Positions 7,574 through 16,520 of a DNA stretch of 32,000 nucleotides are shown here, in pieces (position 1 is the first letter of the stretch; each line of letters starts with the position of its first letter). Under the pieces are notes generated by a model that worked only from the letters and a program-made list of their open reading frames with translations, was not told where the DNA came from and ran no database searches. Source of the DNA: Hyperthermus butylicus DSM 5456 (GTDB lineage Archaea > Thermoproteota > Thermoprotei_A > Sulfolobales > Pyrodictiaceae). Where the stretch lies: positions 750,001 through 782,000 of the forward strand of contig NC_008818.1 in the NCBI RefSeq assembly GCF_000015145.1. Direction: 5' to 3'. The translations under genes and the position numbers were made by a program.

Positions 7574-8048
7574 CCCAGGCTGCCACAGCTGCTATCCCGC
7601 AGATCCCTAGCCTCTCACAATCTTATCATGCTTTTGAGGTCTTCTGGTATAATTCACCGCCAATACAGAGATAGGCTAACCCGGCCATTACATGTTCTTC
7701 GTCAAGTATATGGGATAGCTTTGCAGAGAGCCTCCCCGCCCCCTCCTCAAGCTCTTAATCCATCCTCTTTCTAGCTTCGTTCTCCAAAGCTCTCTTAACA
7801 ACATCGCTAAGGCCTAATACCACGTTTGCCAAGCAGCCTCTTCAACTTCCTGTTATCTTAGCGGAAACCATAACATAGCCCAAGCACAACAGCATAGCCG
7901 AGTAGAGTGATTGACGCCGCGGAGTGGACTGCCATAATCTGCTGCTCAGACTGTAGGGCCCACATATGCAGCCGCTATAGCGTGCGCATGGCTTTGTGTA
8001 GCGTGTAGGGGGTAACTTTCTTCCGCTGCAAGCTGAAAGCATATTGGC

Positions 8049-10886
8049 GTGGGGTTCGGCGTGGCTGGTAGAGCTAAGCTAATAGCTGCCTTCGTTGCTC
8101 TCGCTGTCTCACTTGCCTACTTCGCTTCGCCCGACACGGTTACCAGCATGATAATCGATGCTGCGAGGACTGTATACGAACTCGTCCAGGGTCTTACCGG
8201 TGGAGGAGAGGCGCCGGCAGCTCAGCCGTCCACTGCCCAGCCTCTGCAAGCTCCTTCCTCGGCAACTGTGCCTCCAGGAACACAGGAGCCCTCCAGCGAG
8301 TTTACCGTGAGAGTGGAGGAGCTGAAGAAGCTGCTGGAGCAGCTCCAGCTTGTGCCCCTGGTGTCGGAGGAGGCTTCTAGACTGCTCTCCCAGCTAGACT
8401 CGCTAGTCTCTGCTGTCGAGTCCGGCACTGCCACCCCTGACGAGGCTCTTGAGAGGCTTGGAGAGCTAGAGGATGCGTCTAGACTGCTCGCCAGCCGTGT
8501 CGAGGAGTATGTTGGTGAGGCTGTGACGAAGGCTGAGCAGGTGGCGGAGGAGGCTAGGAGCCTGGTTGCGGGCAACGAGACCATGGCTCGTGTCTTGGAG
8601 CAGGTTCTTAGCGTGCTTGAGGAGGCTGTTAGGACTGCTCGTGAGGCTCTCGCTGCTGGACGCCACGCTGAAGCATATACTGCTGCCCGTCAGGCCTTGG
8701 AGGTTGCTGGCATGCTTGAGGAGAGTCTCCCACTGTACCAGATGGCTCTCCAGCTCCTCTCCAAGGCTGAGCAGCTCGCATCCGAAGCTAGGAGGGTTTC
8801 CAGTGCCGCGCTCAATGCTTCTACGTGGGATGCGCTAGCGGCTGCCGAGGAGGCTGCTGCAGCAGCCGTTGAGGCTAGGGCTAGGCTGCTAGAGGCCCTA
8901 GGCTCGTTTCCTCCGAACGCTACACTGGTTGAGGAGGCTGCTGGGCTTCTAGAATCTGCCTCGGCGAGGCTCTCAGAGGCCGAGGCGATGCTTTCTGCTG
9001 AGGCACCAGCTGTTGGTGAGGCTGTAGGAACGCTGGAAAGGATGCTAAAGCAGGCTAAATCCAGACTCGCGGAGGCCTTTAGGGCTGTAGAGCTTGTCGG
9101 CGATAAAGGCGTCAAGCAGTACCTTGAGGCGAGACTTGAGACCATCAGGCAAGCACTGAGCATACTAGAGGACTATGTAGCGAGGGCTGAGCAGCTACCG
9201 CCCCAACAGCTAGCAGCTGCTATACATGCAGCCGCAGCTGTTGCCGGAGATGTTGAGCAGGTGAAGCTCCTCGCTACAAGCTGGGCTGCCGTGCTCCAAA
9301 CTGTCAAGCCCCGACTCTACGTGAACCCTGCTAATGGCTGGCTTGTGGCCGACGTACCGGGGACGATTGATGCCATAGCCTTCTACCGGGCCAACAGCCC
9401 TGAGCCAGTACTGGTTGTGAGAGCCTTCAACGTGGAGGATACTGTAGCCGAGATAGATCCCGTCATGGCGCAGTTCTCCCCGCTCCACAGCAGGCTAGCA
9501 GTAGGCCTATCCGAGCTAGCTGGGAGGCTCAAGCCCGGCCGCTACCTGGTAGTCGTAGCAGCCACCGACCCCGCCACCGGCGAACTCGTAGAAGCCTACC
9601 GGGGCGAAATAGTGGTCGAGAACGAGGGCTCGGTGACCATAGCCAGACAGCTCGAGGGCAACCCGGTATTCAGCCCCTGTAGCAACGTCAGCCCCTACCG
9701 GACAGCGATACTCTGCGGTTACACCCCATCAACACTAGCTATCATCAGCTTAGAGGTCTACGGCGCCTATAAGCCAACCTCGTCCGCTGAGGCTGCGTGG
9801 AGGGTGTTGGAATGGGTGGGTAGGAGCTTTACCTACGACACAAGCAAGGCTGAGACTGTACCCACGAGGATCTATACGCCGCTAGAAATGCTCTCAACCC
9901 GGCACGGCATCTGCAGCGACTATGCTGTCTTCACCGCTGCTGCACTGCTCGCCGGCGGAGTCGAGAGGGCACAAGTAGTGGTGATGCCAGCTACGAACCA
10001 CGCAGTAGCAGCCGTAGAGGCTGAGGGCACCCTGCTACTACTAGACCAGCATCTCCCACCAATAGAGCCTGGAGACTATGTAGAATACGTTGCGCCAAAA
10101 CTGAAGGAGAACCCAACAGTTACAGTCTACAATGTGGAGATGCAAGGCGGCCAGACCGGCATCCCGGTAGTTACAGCCTGGTTCGACACTAGGCTAAGCA
10201 CACTCGACACCTATCCCGAGGACCGTCTGCCAGACGAGGTGTTCACGGACGCAGCAGAGAGGGCTGCGGCGAGACTGGGAATGGAGCTAAACCCGGTACT
10301 AAAAACCGTTATAGAGCAAGGGCTAGCCTACCACGTAAAGATCGTCTACGGCCTCTGGCTCGGAACGGTTACCAGCAAGCCCGTTCCAGTAACCGTCTAC
10401 TACACGCCTATCCTGCGCAGCTACTGGGAAGAGTACATAACTTCAATACTCGCCGAGACTGTGGAGCAGGGCTACCCCGAAGCAGTAGAGGGCCAAGGGT
10501 CAATGGCAGCTCTACACAAGATAGTTGTGGTAGGAGATGGGAGCGGAGACGCATTCTACGTCTACGCGGTACCACTGGTAGGGCTACGCATAGACTACAG
10601 CGTCAAAGATGGAAAGGCGGTCCTACAGGTAAAGCCTAGCGGCGACATCTCACTACTAGTATACGATGCTGAAACCAAGCAACCAGCAGCCGGAGTAGTA
10701 AGACCAGGCTACATGTACACAACAATACCCTACATAGAGGCCGACGAATGGACCTGCACCCCCGCAGGCTGCACGATAGTATTCAGCCTAAAAGAGCTGG
10801 CCCAGCATCTACAGCCGGGCCGCAGCTACACCCTGACAGTCTGGATAAACAAGCATCTAGTCTACGCCATCCCGCTGCAATCCTAG
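8049..10886 (+). CDS. Large membrane-anchored protein: N-terminal TM anchor, long Ala/Glu-rich coiled-coil region, transglutaminase-like cysteine-protease core, and C-terminal beta-rich region.
   Basis: TM segment 'AKLIAAFVALAVSLAYFA'. Residues about 85-400 are heptad-like, Ala/Glu/Leu-rich helix. The transglutaminase-like triad context is 'RHGICSDYAVF' (Cys622, nt 9912-9914), 'ATNHAVAAVE' (His651) and 'LLLLDQH' (Asp666). Several N-x-S/T sequons are present. Confidence 0.8.
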   Translation: MGFGVAGRAKLIAAFVALAVSLAYFASPDTVTSMIIDAARTVYELVQGLTGGGEAPAAQPSTAQPLQAPSSATVPPGTQEPSSEFTVRVEELKKLLEQLQLVPLVSEEASRLLSQLDSLVSAVESGTATPDEALERLGELEDASRLLASRVEEYVGEAVTKAEQVAEEARSLVAGNETMARVLEQVLSVLEEAVRTAREALAAGRHAEAYTAARQALEVAGMLEESLPLYQMALQLLSKAEQLASEARRVSSAALNASTWDALAAAEEAAAAAVEARARLLEALGSFPPNATLVEEAAGLLESASARLSEAEAMLSAEAPAVGEAVGTLERMLKQAKSRLAEAFRAVELVGDKGVKQYLEARLETIRQALSILEDYVARAEQLPPQQLAAAIHAAAAVAGDVEQVKLLATSWAAVLQTVKPRLYVNPANGWLVADVPGTIDAIAFYRANSPEPVLVVRAFNVEDTVAEIDPVMAQFSPLHSRLAVGLSELAGRLKPGRYLVVVAATDPATGELVEAYRGEIVVENEGSVTIARQLEGNPVFSPCSNVSPYRTAILCGYTPSTLAIISLEVYGAYKPTSSAEAAWRVLEWVGRSFTYDTSKAETVPTRIYTPLEMLSTRHGICSDYAVFTAAALLAGGVERAQVVVMPATNHAVAAVEAEGTLLLLDQHLPPIEPGDYVEYVAPKLKENPTVTVYNVEMQGGQTGIPVVTAWFDTRLSTLDTYPEDRLPDEVFTDAAERAAARLGMELNPVLKTVIEQGLAYHVKIVYGLWLGTVTSKPVPVTVYYTPILRSYWEEYITSILAETVEQGYPEAVEGQGSMAALHKIVVVGDGSGDAFYVYAVPLVGLRIDYSVKDGKAVLQVKPSGDISLLVYDAETKQPAAGVVRPGYMYTTIPYIEADEWTCTPAGCTIVFSLKELAQHLQPGRSYTLTVWINKHLVYAIPLQS

Positions 10887-11033
10887 CAGGTAGAGCCCAG
10901 CGTAAACGCAGACCTCGGACACGTACAGGGAAGGCCCCCCTCCTCCCCCGCTATGTCTGCGGCTAGGGTTTAGGACGGGAGTTCCCAGGAGTCTTTCCGG
11001 AAAACCCTACTATCCTGAAGAGGTGTCCTGGCT

Positions 11034-12212
11034 TTGGCGCGCGCCCTGGGCGTAGATCCTGGTACAGGCTCGTTTGACCTCGTTGTTGTTGATGGGGAGC
11101 ACGTTGTCTGGGAGAAAAGTATCCCCACGGCTGAGGTTGCCCGTAATCCCCGAGTGCTTGTGGAGGCTATAAGGGAGGCCGGCCCAGTGGACATCATCGC
11201 TGGACCCTCGGGGTATGGTACTCCAGTGGTTTGTAACGAGGATATCGTCGACCCGGAGCAGTTCGCGCTCGAGATCCTGTTGTTGACGCCTCGGGAGCAG
11301 CTTAGAGCCGGACTAGAGAAGGGGCACGTTGGCATTGCTGTGTACAAGGCGTTGGCAGACGTTGTTGTTGAGCTTTGGCGTGAGCGGCTCCCCGTCTGCT
11401 ACATACCCGGCGTAGTGCACCTCCCCACCGTGCCTCGGTGGAGGAAGCTCAACAAGATAGACATGGGTACGGCTGACAAGATGGCTGTCACCGTGCTCGC
11501 CGTCTACGACTACGCCCGGACGCATGGTGTGGACTATAGCGAGGCCACGTTCATACTCGTAGAGATGGGCTACGGCTATAACGCCGTGATAGCAGTCGAG
11601 AACGGCAAAATCGTCGACGGGCTTGGCGGCACACTTGTATCGCCCGGCTTCCTCACGATAGGAGCTGTTGACGCTGAGGTAGCTGTTGCGGGGGGCTGCT
11701 GGGAACGTAGCGACGTGTTTGAGGGGGGCGTCGCCAGCATCTGCGGCACCGCCGAGCTGGATAGGGCGCTTGCAATGAGTGGCCGGTGCAAAGAGGCGTT
11801 CCAGGCCCTCTACGAGGGTGTGGAGAAGTCTGTCCGGGCAATGCTGGCAAGCGTTAAGCCAAGGGAGATAATAGTTTCGGGTAGGCTTACGAGGATACGT
11901 GAGGTCTACGAGGAGGTTTCCAGGAGGCTTGAGAAGATCGCGCCGGTACGCCGACTAGGCTTCCTAGAGGGCGCCAGGAATGCTAAGGAGGCCGGGCAAG
12001 GGTACGCCATTGTCGGGGAGGGTCTTGTGGGGGGCGTCTTCTCCAGGCTAGTACGCCACATGGGCATACCCGAGGCACGTGGAACCGTGATGGACTGGAT
12101 TGTACATCCCCGCCTACGCAAGGCTAGGGCGAGGCTACGCCGAGCATACCTGGAAACAGTGGTGCCGGGTAAGGCTGTGGAGATTCTCTGGGAGCCTGAT
12201 ATAGCCCCGTAG
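11034..12212 (+). CDS. ASKHA-superfamily (actin/sugar-kinase fold) protein, DUF1464/COG2441-like ('predicted butyrate kinase' family)
   Basis: N-terminal phosphate-1-like motif 'LGVDPGTGSFDLVVVD', later 'DMGTADKMAVTV' and 'ILVEMGYGYNAVIAVENGKIVDGLGG'. 392 aa, TTG start. Confidence 0.7.
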   Translation: MARALGVDPGTGSFDLVVVDGEHVVWEKSIPTAEVARNPRVLVEAIREAGPVDIIAGPSGYGTPVVCNEDIVDPEQFALEILLLTPREQLRAGLEKGHVGIAVYKALADVVVELWRERLPVCYIPGVVHLPTVPRWRKLNKIDMGTADKMAVTVLAVYDYARTHGVDYSEATFILVEMGYGYNAVIAVENGKIVDGLGGTLVSPGFLTIGAVDAEVAVAGGCWERSDVFEGGVASICGTAELDRALAMSGRCKEAFQALYEGVEKSVRAMLASVKPREIIVSGRLTRIREVYEEVSRRLEKIAPVRRLGFLEGARNAKEAGQGYAIVGEGLVGGVFSRLVRHMGIPEARGTVMDWIVHPRLRKARARLRRAYLETVVPGKAVEILWEPDIAP

Positions 12213-12229
12213 GATGTGGAGTGATGGGG

Positions 12230-13330
12230 CTACTTGAAGTACTCGAGTGTTTTTAGCCCCGACCCAGTGAGTGGTGCCAGCACCTCCTCGCCCTTGTCTA
12301 TGCAGCCCCTCTCAACAGCCTCCAGGAGGGCCGGATATAGCGTCGCACTCGTGGGCTCGACTATGAAGCCCATCGACGCCAACATCTTCAGCCCCCTCCT
12401 AATCCCCTCGTCGTCGACGAGTATCACGCAGCCCCCCGTGGCCTTTACGGCTTCAGCAGCCTCACCGAGCCGGGGCGGCTCCGACACCATTAGGCCGTCG
12501 GCTAGCCTCGAGCTGCGTTCCTCGGCTTCGGGCTCCTTACCGTAGACTGCCCGGTAGAGGGGCGGGTTGGAGTAGCCCTGCACCGCGATGATCCTGGGCA
12601 CGCTGTCTATGAGGCCTTGCTCGACAAGCTCACGGAAGCCATGGTAGATCCCGAGGAGGAGCCCGCCAGAACCCACAGGTACAAGCACGGCTGACCCACG
12701 GAACCCGTCCTCGAAGGCCTCGAAGGCTATTGTTTTCGCGCCCTCGACGTAGAATGGGCTCCAGGTGTGAGCCACATAGAACACGTCAGGCTTCTTGAGC
12801 TCCCATAGTACGGCCTGGGCAGCCTCGCCACGACTAGGAGTCAGGACCACCTCCCCGCCGAGGGCTCTTACAAGCCTCTTCTTTCCCTCCGGAGCATTGA
12901 CAGGCATGTATATCCTTGCACGGAGCCCGTAGGCGGCAGCGTACGCGGCTACTGAGATCCCGGTATTGCCCGAAGTATCCTCTACAACCAGCCTGAACCC
13001 CATGCGGGAAGCATAGGCTAAAGCAAGGCTGGTTCCACGGTCCTTAAAGCTCCCGGTAGGGTTCAGATACTCGAGCTTGAAGAACACCCTAACCCCCTCA
13101 ACGCGGCGTTCAACGAGCGGCGTGCCACCCTCCCCGAGAACGCGGGGAACCTCCAAGGGGAGCATCGAAGAATACTTCGCAAGGCCGCTGCAGCCGCTGC
13201 GGGGCTCCCAGCGCCGCGTATACCGGAGCTGCAGAGGCCCGCTACAACGGGGGCAGCGCCAGTAGTAGCCGGAGCCTATAGCCGCACTCCACCCACATCG
13301 AGGACAAATCCATTCAGCGCTACCAGCCAA
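12230..13330 (-). CDS. thrC: Threonine synthase with an N-terminal zinc ribbon
   Basis: The PLP-lysine motif 'NPTGSFKDRG', 'SSGNTG'-like 'TSGNTGIS' and glycine loop 'VPVGSGGLL' are present, with an N-terminal 'CPRCGW...CPRCSG'. TTG start. Confidence 0.85.
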   Translation of the reverse strand: MAGSAEWICPRCGWSAAIGSGYYWRCPRCSGPLQLRYTRRWEPRSGCSGLAKYSSMLPLEVPRVLGEGGTPLVERRVEGVRVFFKLEYLNPTGSFKDRGTSLALAYASRMGFRLVVEDTSGNTGISVAAYAAAYGLRARIYMPVNAPEGKKRLVRALGGEVVLTPSRGEAAQAVLWELKKPDVFYVAHTWSPFYVEGAKTIAFEAFEDGFRGSAVLVPVGSGGLLLGIYHGFRELVEQGLIDSVPRIIAVQGYSNPPLYRAVYGKEPEAEERSSRLADGLMVSEPPRLGEAAEAVKATGGCVILVDDEGIRRGLKMLASMGFIVEPTSATLYPALLEAVERGCIDKGEEVLAPLTGSGLKTLEYFK

Positions 13331-13473
13331 GACAGACTAAGCCCCCGGGAAGACAACGTACACGCAGTCCCCTAAAGCTGAATACCTCTCCAGAAAGAGG
13401 GGCTAGGAATACTCTACAACACAACGATATTTTGTGGAACAGCATGGAGTGCTGCTAGCCTGGTGTAGTCTTG

Positions 13474-13479
13474 AAAAAA
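13474..13479 (-). terminator. Oligo-T tract (T6 on the minus strand) about 50 nt downstream of the sufS stop
   Basis: Archaeal transcription commonly terminates at oligo-T runs. The tract was read directly from the sequence. Confidence 0.3.
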
Positions 13480-13528
13480 CGGCCTAAGCTTCGGCTATAA
13501 TGCTCCGAACACCCCTATGGCGGAAAGG

Positions 13529-14802
13529 CTAGCCTGCTGTGCAGTAATCCGCCTCAGTTGCTGTCAGTATGTCTTTCATCTTGTGTATCTTCTTGAGCGC
13601 GTCTACCAGGGCTTCCACTTCCTCCTTGGTGTTATAGATGTAGTAACTTGCCCTAACCGTGCCCCGTAGGCCTAGCCTGTAGTGTAGCGGGTGGGCGCAG
13701 TGCATCCCGGTTCTCACTGCTATGCCGAAGGTGTCTAGTGCTCTACCTACAGTGTGGTAGTGGAGGCCCCGCATGTTGAATGCTATGACTCCTCCTCGGT
13801 GCTCGGGGTTGCGTGGACCATAGAAGTCCACTATGCCTGCTAGCTCCTCCTCGAACAGTTTAATGGTGTAGGCTACCAGCTCCTTCTCGTGTGCCCGGAC
13901 GTTCTCCATGCCTAGCCTCTCTAGATATTCTACTGCTGCTGCTAGGCCTATGGCTCCGGCTATGTTTGGTGTACCGGGCTCGAGGCGCCAGGGCAGGTTT
14001 GCCCACTCCACACTCTCCAGTGTTACGTCCTTGATTGCGCCTCCTCCGGCTATTACTGGCTCCACCTGCTCCAGAATGTCCTTGCGGCCCCAGAGAACAC
14101 CGATGCCGGTTGGCCCGAGCATCTTGTGGCCGCTAAACGCTAGGAAGTCTACGCCTAGATCCCGCACATCTACTGGGAGGTGGGGTACTCCCTGCGCGCC
14201 ATCAGCCACCACTATTGCGCCCACCTTCTTCGCCTCCCTAACTATCCTCTTTACATCATTTATTGTGCCGATGACGTTGCTCATGATTGTGACCGCTACT
14301 ATCTTTGTCTTCTCGGTTATCATCTCCTCTAGTTGGTCGTAGCGAAGATAGCCCTCATCGGTTATGTCTAGATACTTTACCTTGGCACCGGTTAGCCTCG
14401 CCACCGTCCTCCAGGGAAGCATGTTGCTGTGGTGCTCCATGACTGTTACGAGTATCTCGTCGCCGGGCTTTAGCAGTTTAAGCCCCAGGCCAAGAGCTAC
14501 CATGTTGATCGCATAGGTCGTGTTGTGGGTGAATACTATCTCCTCCCAGCTCCACGCATTGATGAACTTGGCCACCTTCTCGTGGGCCTGCTCGTAGGCC
14601 TCGCTAGCCTCTTGGCTGAGCGTGTGTAAGCCACAGGTGCACAGTTAGCGTTGTACTTCTCGTAGAACTCCCGAACCGCCTCTATGACCTGGCGGGGGCG
14701 CTGCGACGTAGCCGCATTGTCAAGGTAGATTATAGGCTTGCCACCAATCTTGCGCTCAAATATGGGGAAGTCCTTACGAATCTCGTAAGGGTTAAAGCCC
14801 AA
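13529..14802 (-). pseudogene. sufS: SufS/CsdA-type class V cysteine desulfurase, with the reading frame broken near 14635-14643.
   Basis: The N-terminal ORF (14536-14802) reads 'IRKDFPIF...IYLDNAATSQRP...YNAN'. The C-terminal ORF (13529-14575) carries the PLP Lys 'FSGHKMLGPTGIG' and the catalytic Cys 'RTGMHCAHPL'. Removing two single bases (minus-strand T's at plus positions 14643 and 14635) restores '[32 protein letters not shown]'. Confidence 0.8.
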
Positions 14803-14919
14803 GGCCAGCCCTACACCCGAGTTAAAGTGGGTAGAAGCAAATTGAGGCTATTATTCATTATTTTCAATCATTGCACTCAACTGCAGGACCCGGGAAGTGT
14901 AGGGCTGTGAGGAGTAGGT

Positions 14920-14964
14920 CGGCAACCCGAAGCCCCATGACGCCATGGGCGATGTGGGTTGCCG
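14920..14964 (-). terminator. Hairpin with a 9-bp perfect stem (CGGCAACCC / GGGTTGCCG) plus an inner 6-bp stem, just downstream of the tsaC stop
   Basis: Inverted repeat read directly. It lies between the tsaC stop (14984) and the AT-rich sufS promoter region (about 14850-14875). Confidence 0.4.
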
Positions 14965-14983
14965 CGGTTTGCCGAGCCCCATC

Positions 14984-15643
14984 CTAGGCTTCGATGGGTG
15001 TAGCTAGGACTGCCTCGATCTCCTCTGGAGGTATTGGGCCTCTTCTCACCAGTCTCGGCTTGGGTGTTGTGAGGTCTACTACTGTTGACGGCGTACCCCC
15101 GGGGGTGGGGCCACCGTCTAGGTATATGTCTACGCGGCAGCCTAGTTGCTTCATTGCCTCCTGCACAGTGCAAGGTGAGGGTTTACGGTGGAGGTTTGCA
15201 CTTGTGCCAGTGATTGCTCCCCCGACGGCCTCTATGAACTTCAGCGCTATGGGGTGGTTTGGCACACGCACACCGATCCTCCCGGTTCCCGCATGTAGTA
15301 GGCTGGGAAGCCCTGGTTTTGCCGGTACGACTATGGTTAGTGGACCGGGCCAGAATCTCTCGGCGAGCCTTCGAGCCCTATCGTCTAGCTCGGCTATCTT
15401 CTCGGCAGCCCTTAGGCTGGAGACCAGGACCGGTATTGGCCTGTTTGAAGGCCTCTCTTTCGCACGGAAAACCCTCCACACGGCATAGCTGCTAAAGGGG
15501 TTGGCGCCGAGGCCGTACACGGTGTCGGTAGGGTAAACTACGAGGCCTCCCAGGGCTACAATCCTAGCTGCAACCCGGATTGCTGCCATCGTAGCAGCTG
15601 CCGCACGAGGCGTACACCAGCTGGACAACCTGAGCACCCCCAA
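14984..15643 (-). CDS. tsaC: L-threonylcarbamoyladenylate synthase, short YrdC-domain-only form (TsaC-like)
   Basis: 'VVYPTDTVYGLGANP', 'RPSNRPIPVLV', 'FWPGPLTIVVP', 'IGVRVPNHP' and 'GTSANLH' are present. No Sua5 C-terminal domain follows. The likely start is ATG at 15589 ('MAAIRVAARIV'). Confidence 0.85.
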   Translation of the reverse strand: MGVLRLSSWCTPRAAAATMAAIRVAARIVALGGLVVYPTDTVYGLGANPFSSYAVWRVFRAKERPSNRPIPVLVSSLRAAEKIAELDDRARRLAERFWPGPLTIVVPAKPGLPSLLHAGTGRIGVRVPNHPIALKFIEAVGGAITGTSANLHRKPSPCTVQEAMKQLGCRVDIYLDGGPTPGGTPSTVVDLTTPKPRLVRRGPIPPEEIEAVLATPIEA

Positions 15644-15704
15644 GGGGTTCTTGGGGCTCCAGGGCAGTTATCTCTACTCGCCACCATACCTCCCCATTGA
15701 CACA

Positions 15705-15729
15705 TTTATATTGTTTGTATTGTTTATAT
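15705..15729. promoter_or_regulatory. AT-rich divergent promoter region with two TTTATAT boxes (15705-15711 and 15723-15729) and tandem TATTGTTT repeats
   Basis: These are the only strongly AT-rich elements between divergent tsaC (-) and the thioredoxin-like gene (+). TATA-like sequence was read directly. Confidence 0.35.
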
Positions 15730-15852
15730 GATATGATTATTTTCTCCTGCAGGAATAGTTTCTAATAGCTTCCGACAAGCTTTTCACCGATGTGGAGTAG
15801 TGTTAAACAGCGCCAGTGTGATCGCGAATAGCCAGCTGGGTGTAGTAGCGCC

Positions 15853-16293
15853 TTGACACCCGATGCATGGGACGAGTTCGACTCCCTATGGGATGAGTAT
15901 GTGGCTAAGGCTGTCGAGGCTGCTAAGCGAGCAGGGGTAGTGCTCGCCCGGAGCTACGATGAGTATCGTAAGGCTATCTGCAGCAAGCCGGTAGCTGTTG
16001 TAGTATTTACGAGCCCTACATGCCCGGCATGTGCTGCTTACCGGCCGATATTCTACGAGTACGCCCGGAGGATGAGCCAGTACCGTGGCAAAGTAGCGTT
16101 TGTAGAGGTTGACAGCTATAGCGCCTATGAGGCAGCGATGGAGGCTGGTGTTATGGCCACGCCTACTACAGTAGTATACCTCAAGTGCAAGCCCGTGGAT
16201 GGCTTTATTGGGCTAGCCGACGAGGAAACCCTAGACGAAATAGTGCGCCCATACATCACCAAAGCCGTGGAGGAGGGTGAGGAGGACGAGTAG
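15853..16293 (+). CDS. Thioredoxin-fold protein with a CPAC active site and an N-terminal helical extension
   Basis: 'VVVFTSPTCPACAAYRPIF' (CxxC in thioredoxin context) and 'ATPTTVVY' (cis-Pro loop region). Acidic C-terminal tail. TTG start. Confidence 0.7.
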   Translation: MTPDAWDEFDSLWDEYVAKAVEAAKRAGVVLARSYDEYRKAICSKPVAVVVFTSPTCPACAAYRPIFYEYARRMSQYRGKVAFVEVDSYSAYEAAMEAGVMATPTTVVYLKCKPVDGFIGLADEETLDEIVRPYITKAVEEGEEDE

Positions 16294-16302
16294 CAAGAGG
16301 CC

Positions 16303-16329
16303 GGGGGCTCGGACCCGCCGAGGACCCCC
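16303..16329 (+). terminator. GC-rich hairpin (GGGGGCTCGG / loop ACCCG / CCGAG-GA-CCCCC) 10 nt after the thioredoxin-like gene stop
   Basis: Inverted repeat read directly. No oligo-T follows, so a terminator role is tentative. Confidence 0.3.
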
Positions 16330-16520
16330 TCCCCATGCCGTGGCTCTCGGTGAAAGGGCGTCCCTCCCCATAACCCCCGGCCATGTCTTTATGTGGCGGT
16401 GACTCCTGGTGGATAAACGTTAGCTCTGCTGTCTCACGTCTTTTCAAGTGGCGAAAACGTTTTCTAGACCGGCGGAGCTTGCTAGACCGCGATGAGCCCG
16501 CCTTGCAGCCCAGGAGTGCT

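Noticed and set aside
16383-16520. An N-terminal 46-codon extension of the LysE-like ORF, and the opposite-strand ORF 16256-16615.
   Set aside because: The extension ('MSLCGGDSWWINVSSAVSRLFKWRKRFLDRRS...') is not membrane- or family-like, and the family's typical length fits GTG 16521. The antisense ORF is Pro/Arg/Gly-rich junk.
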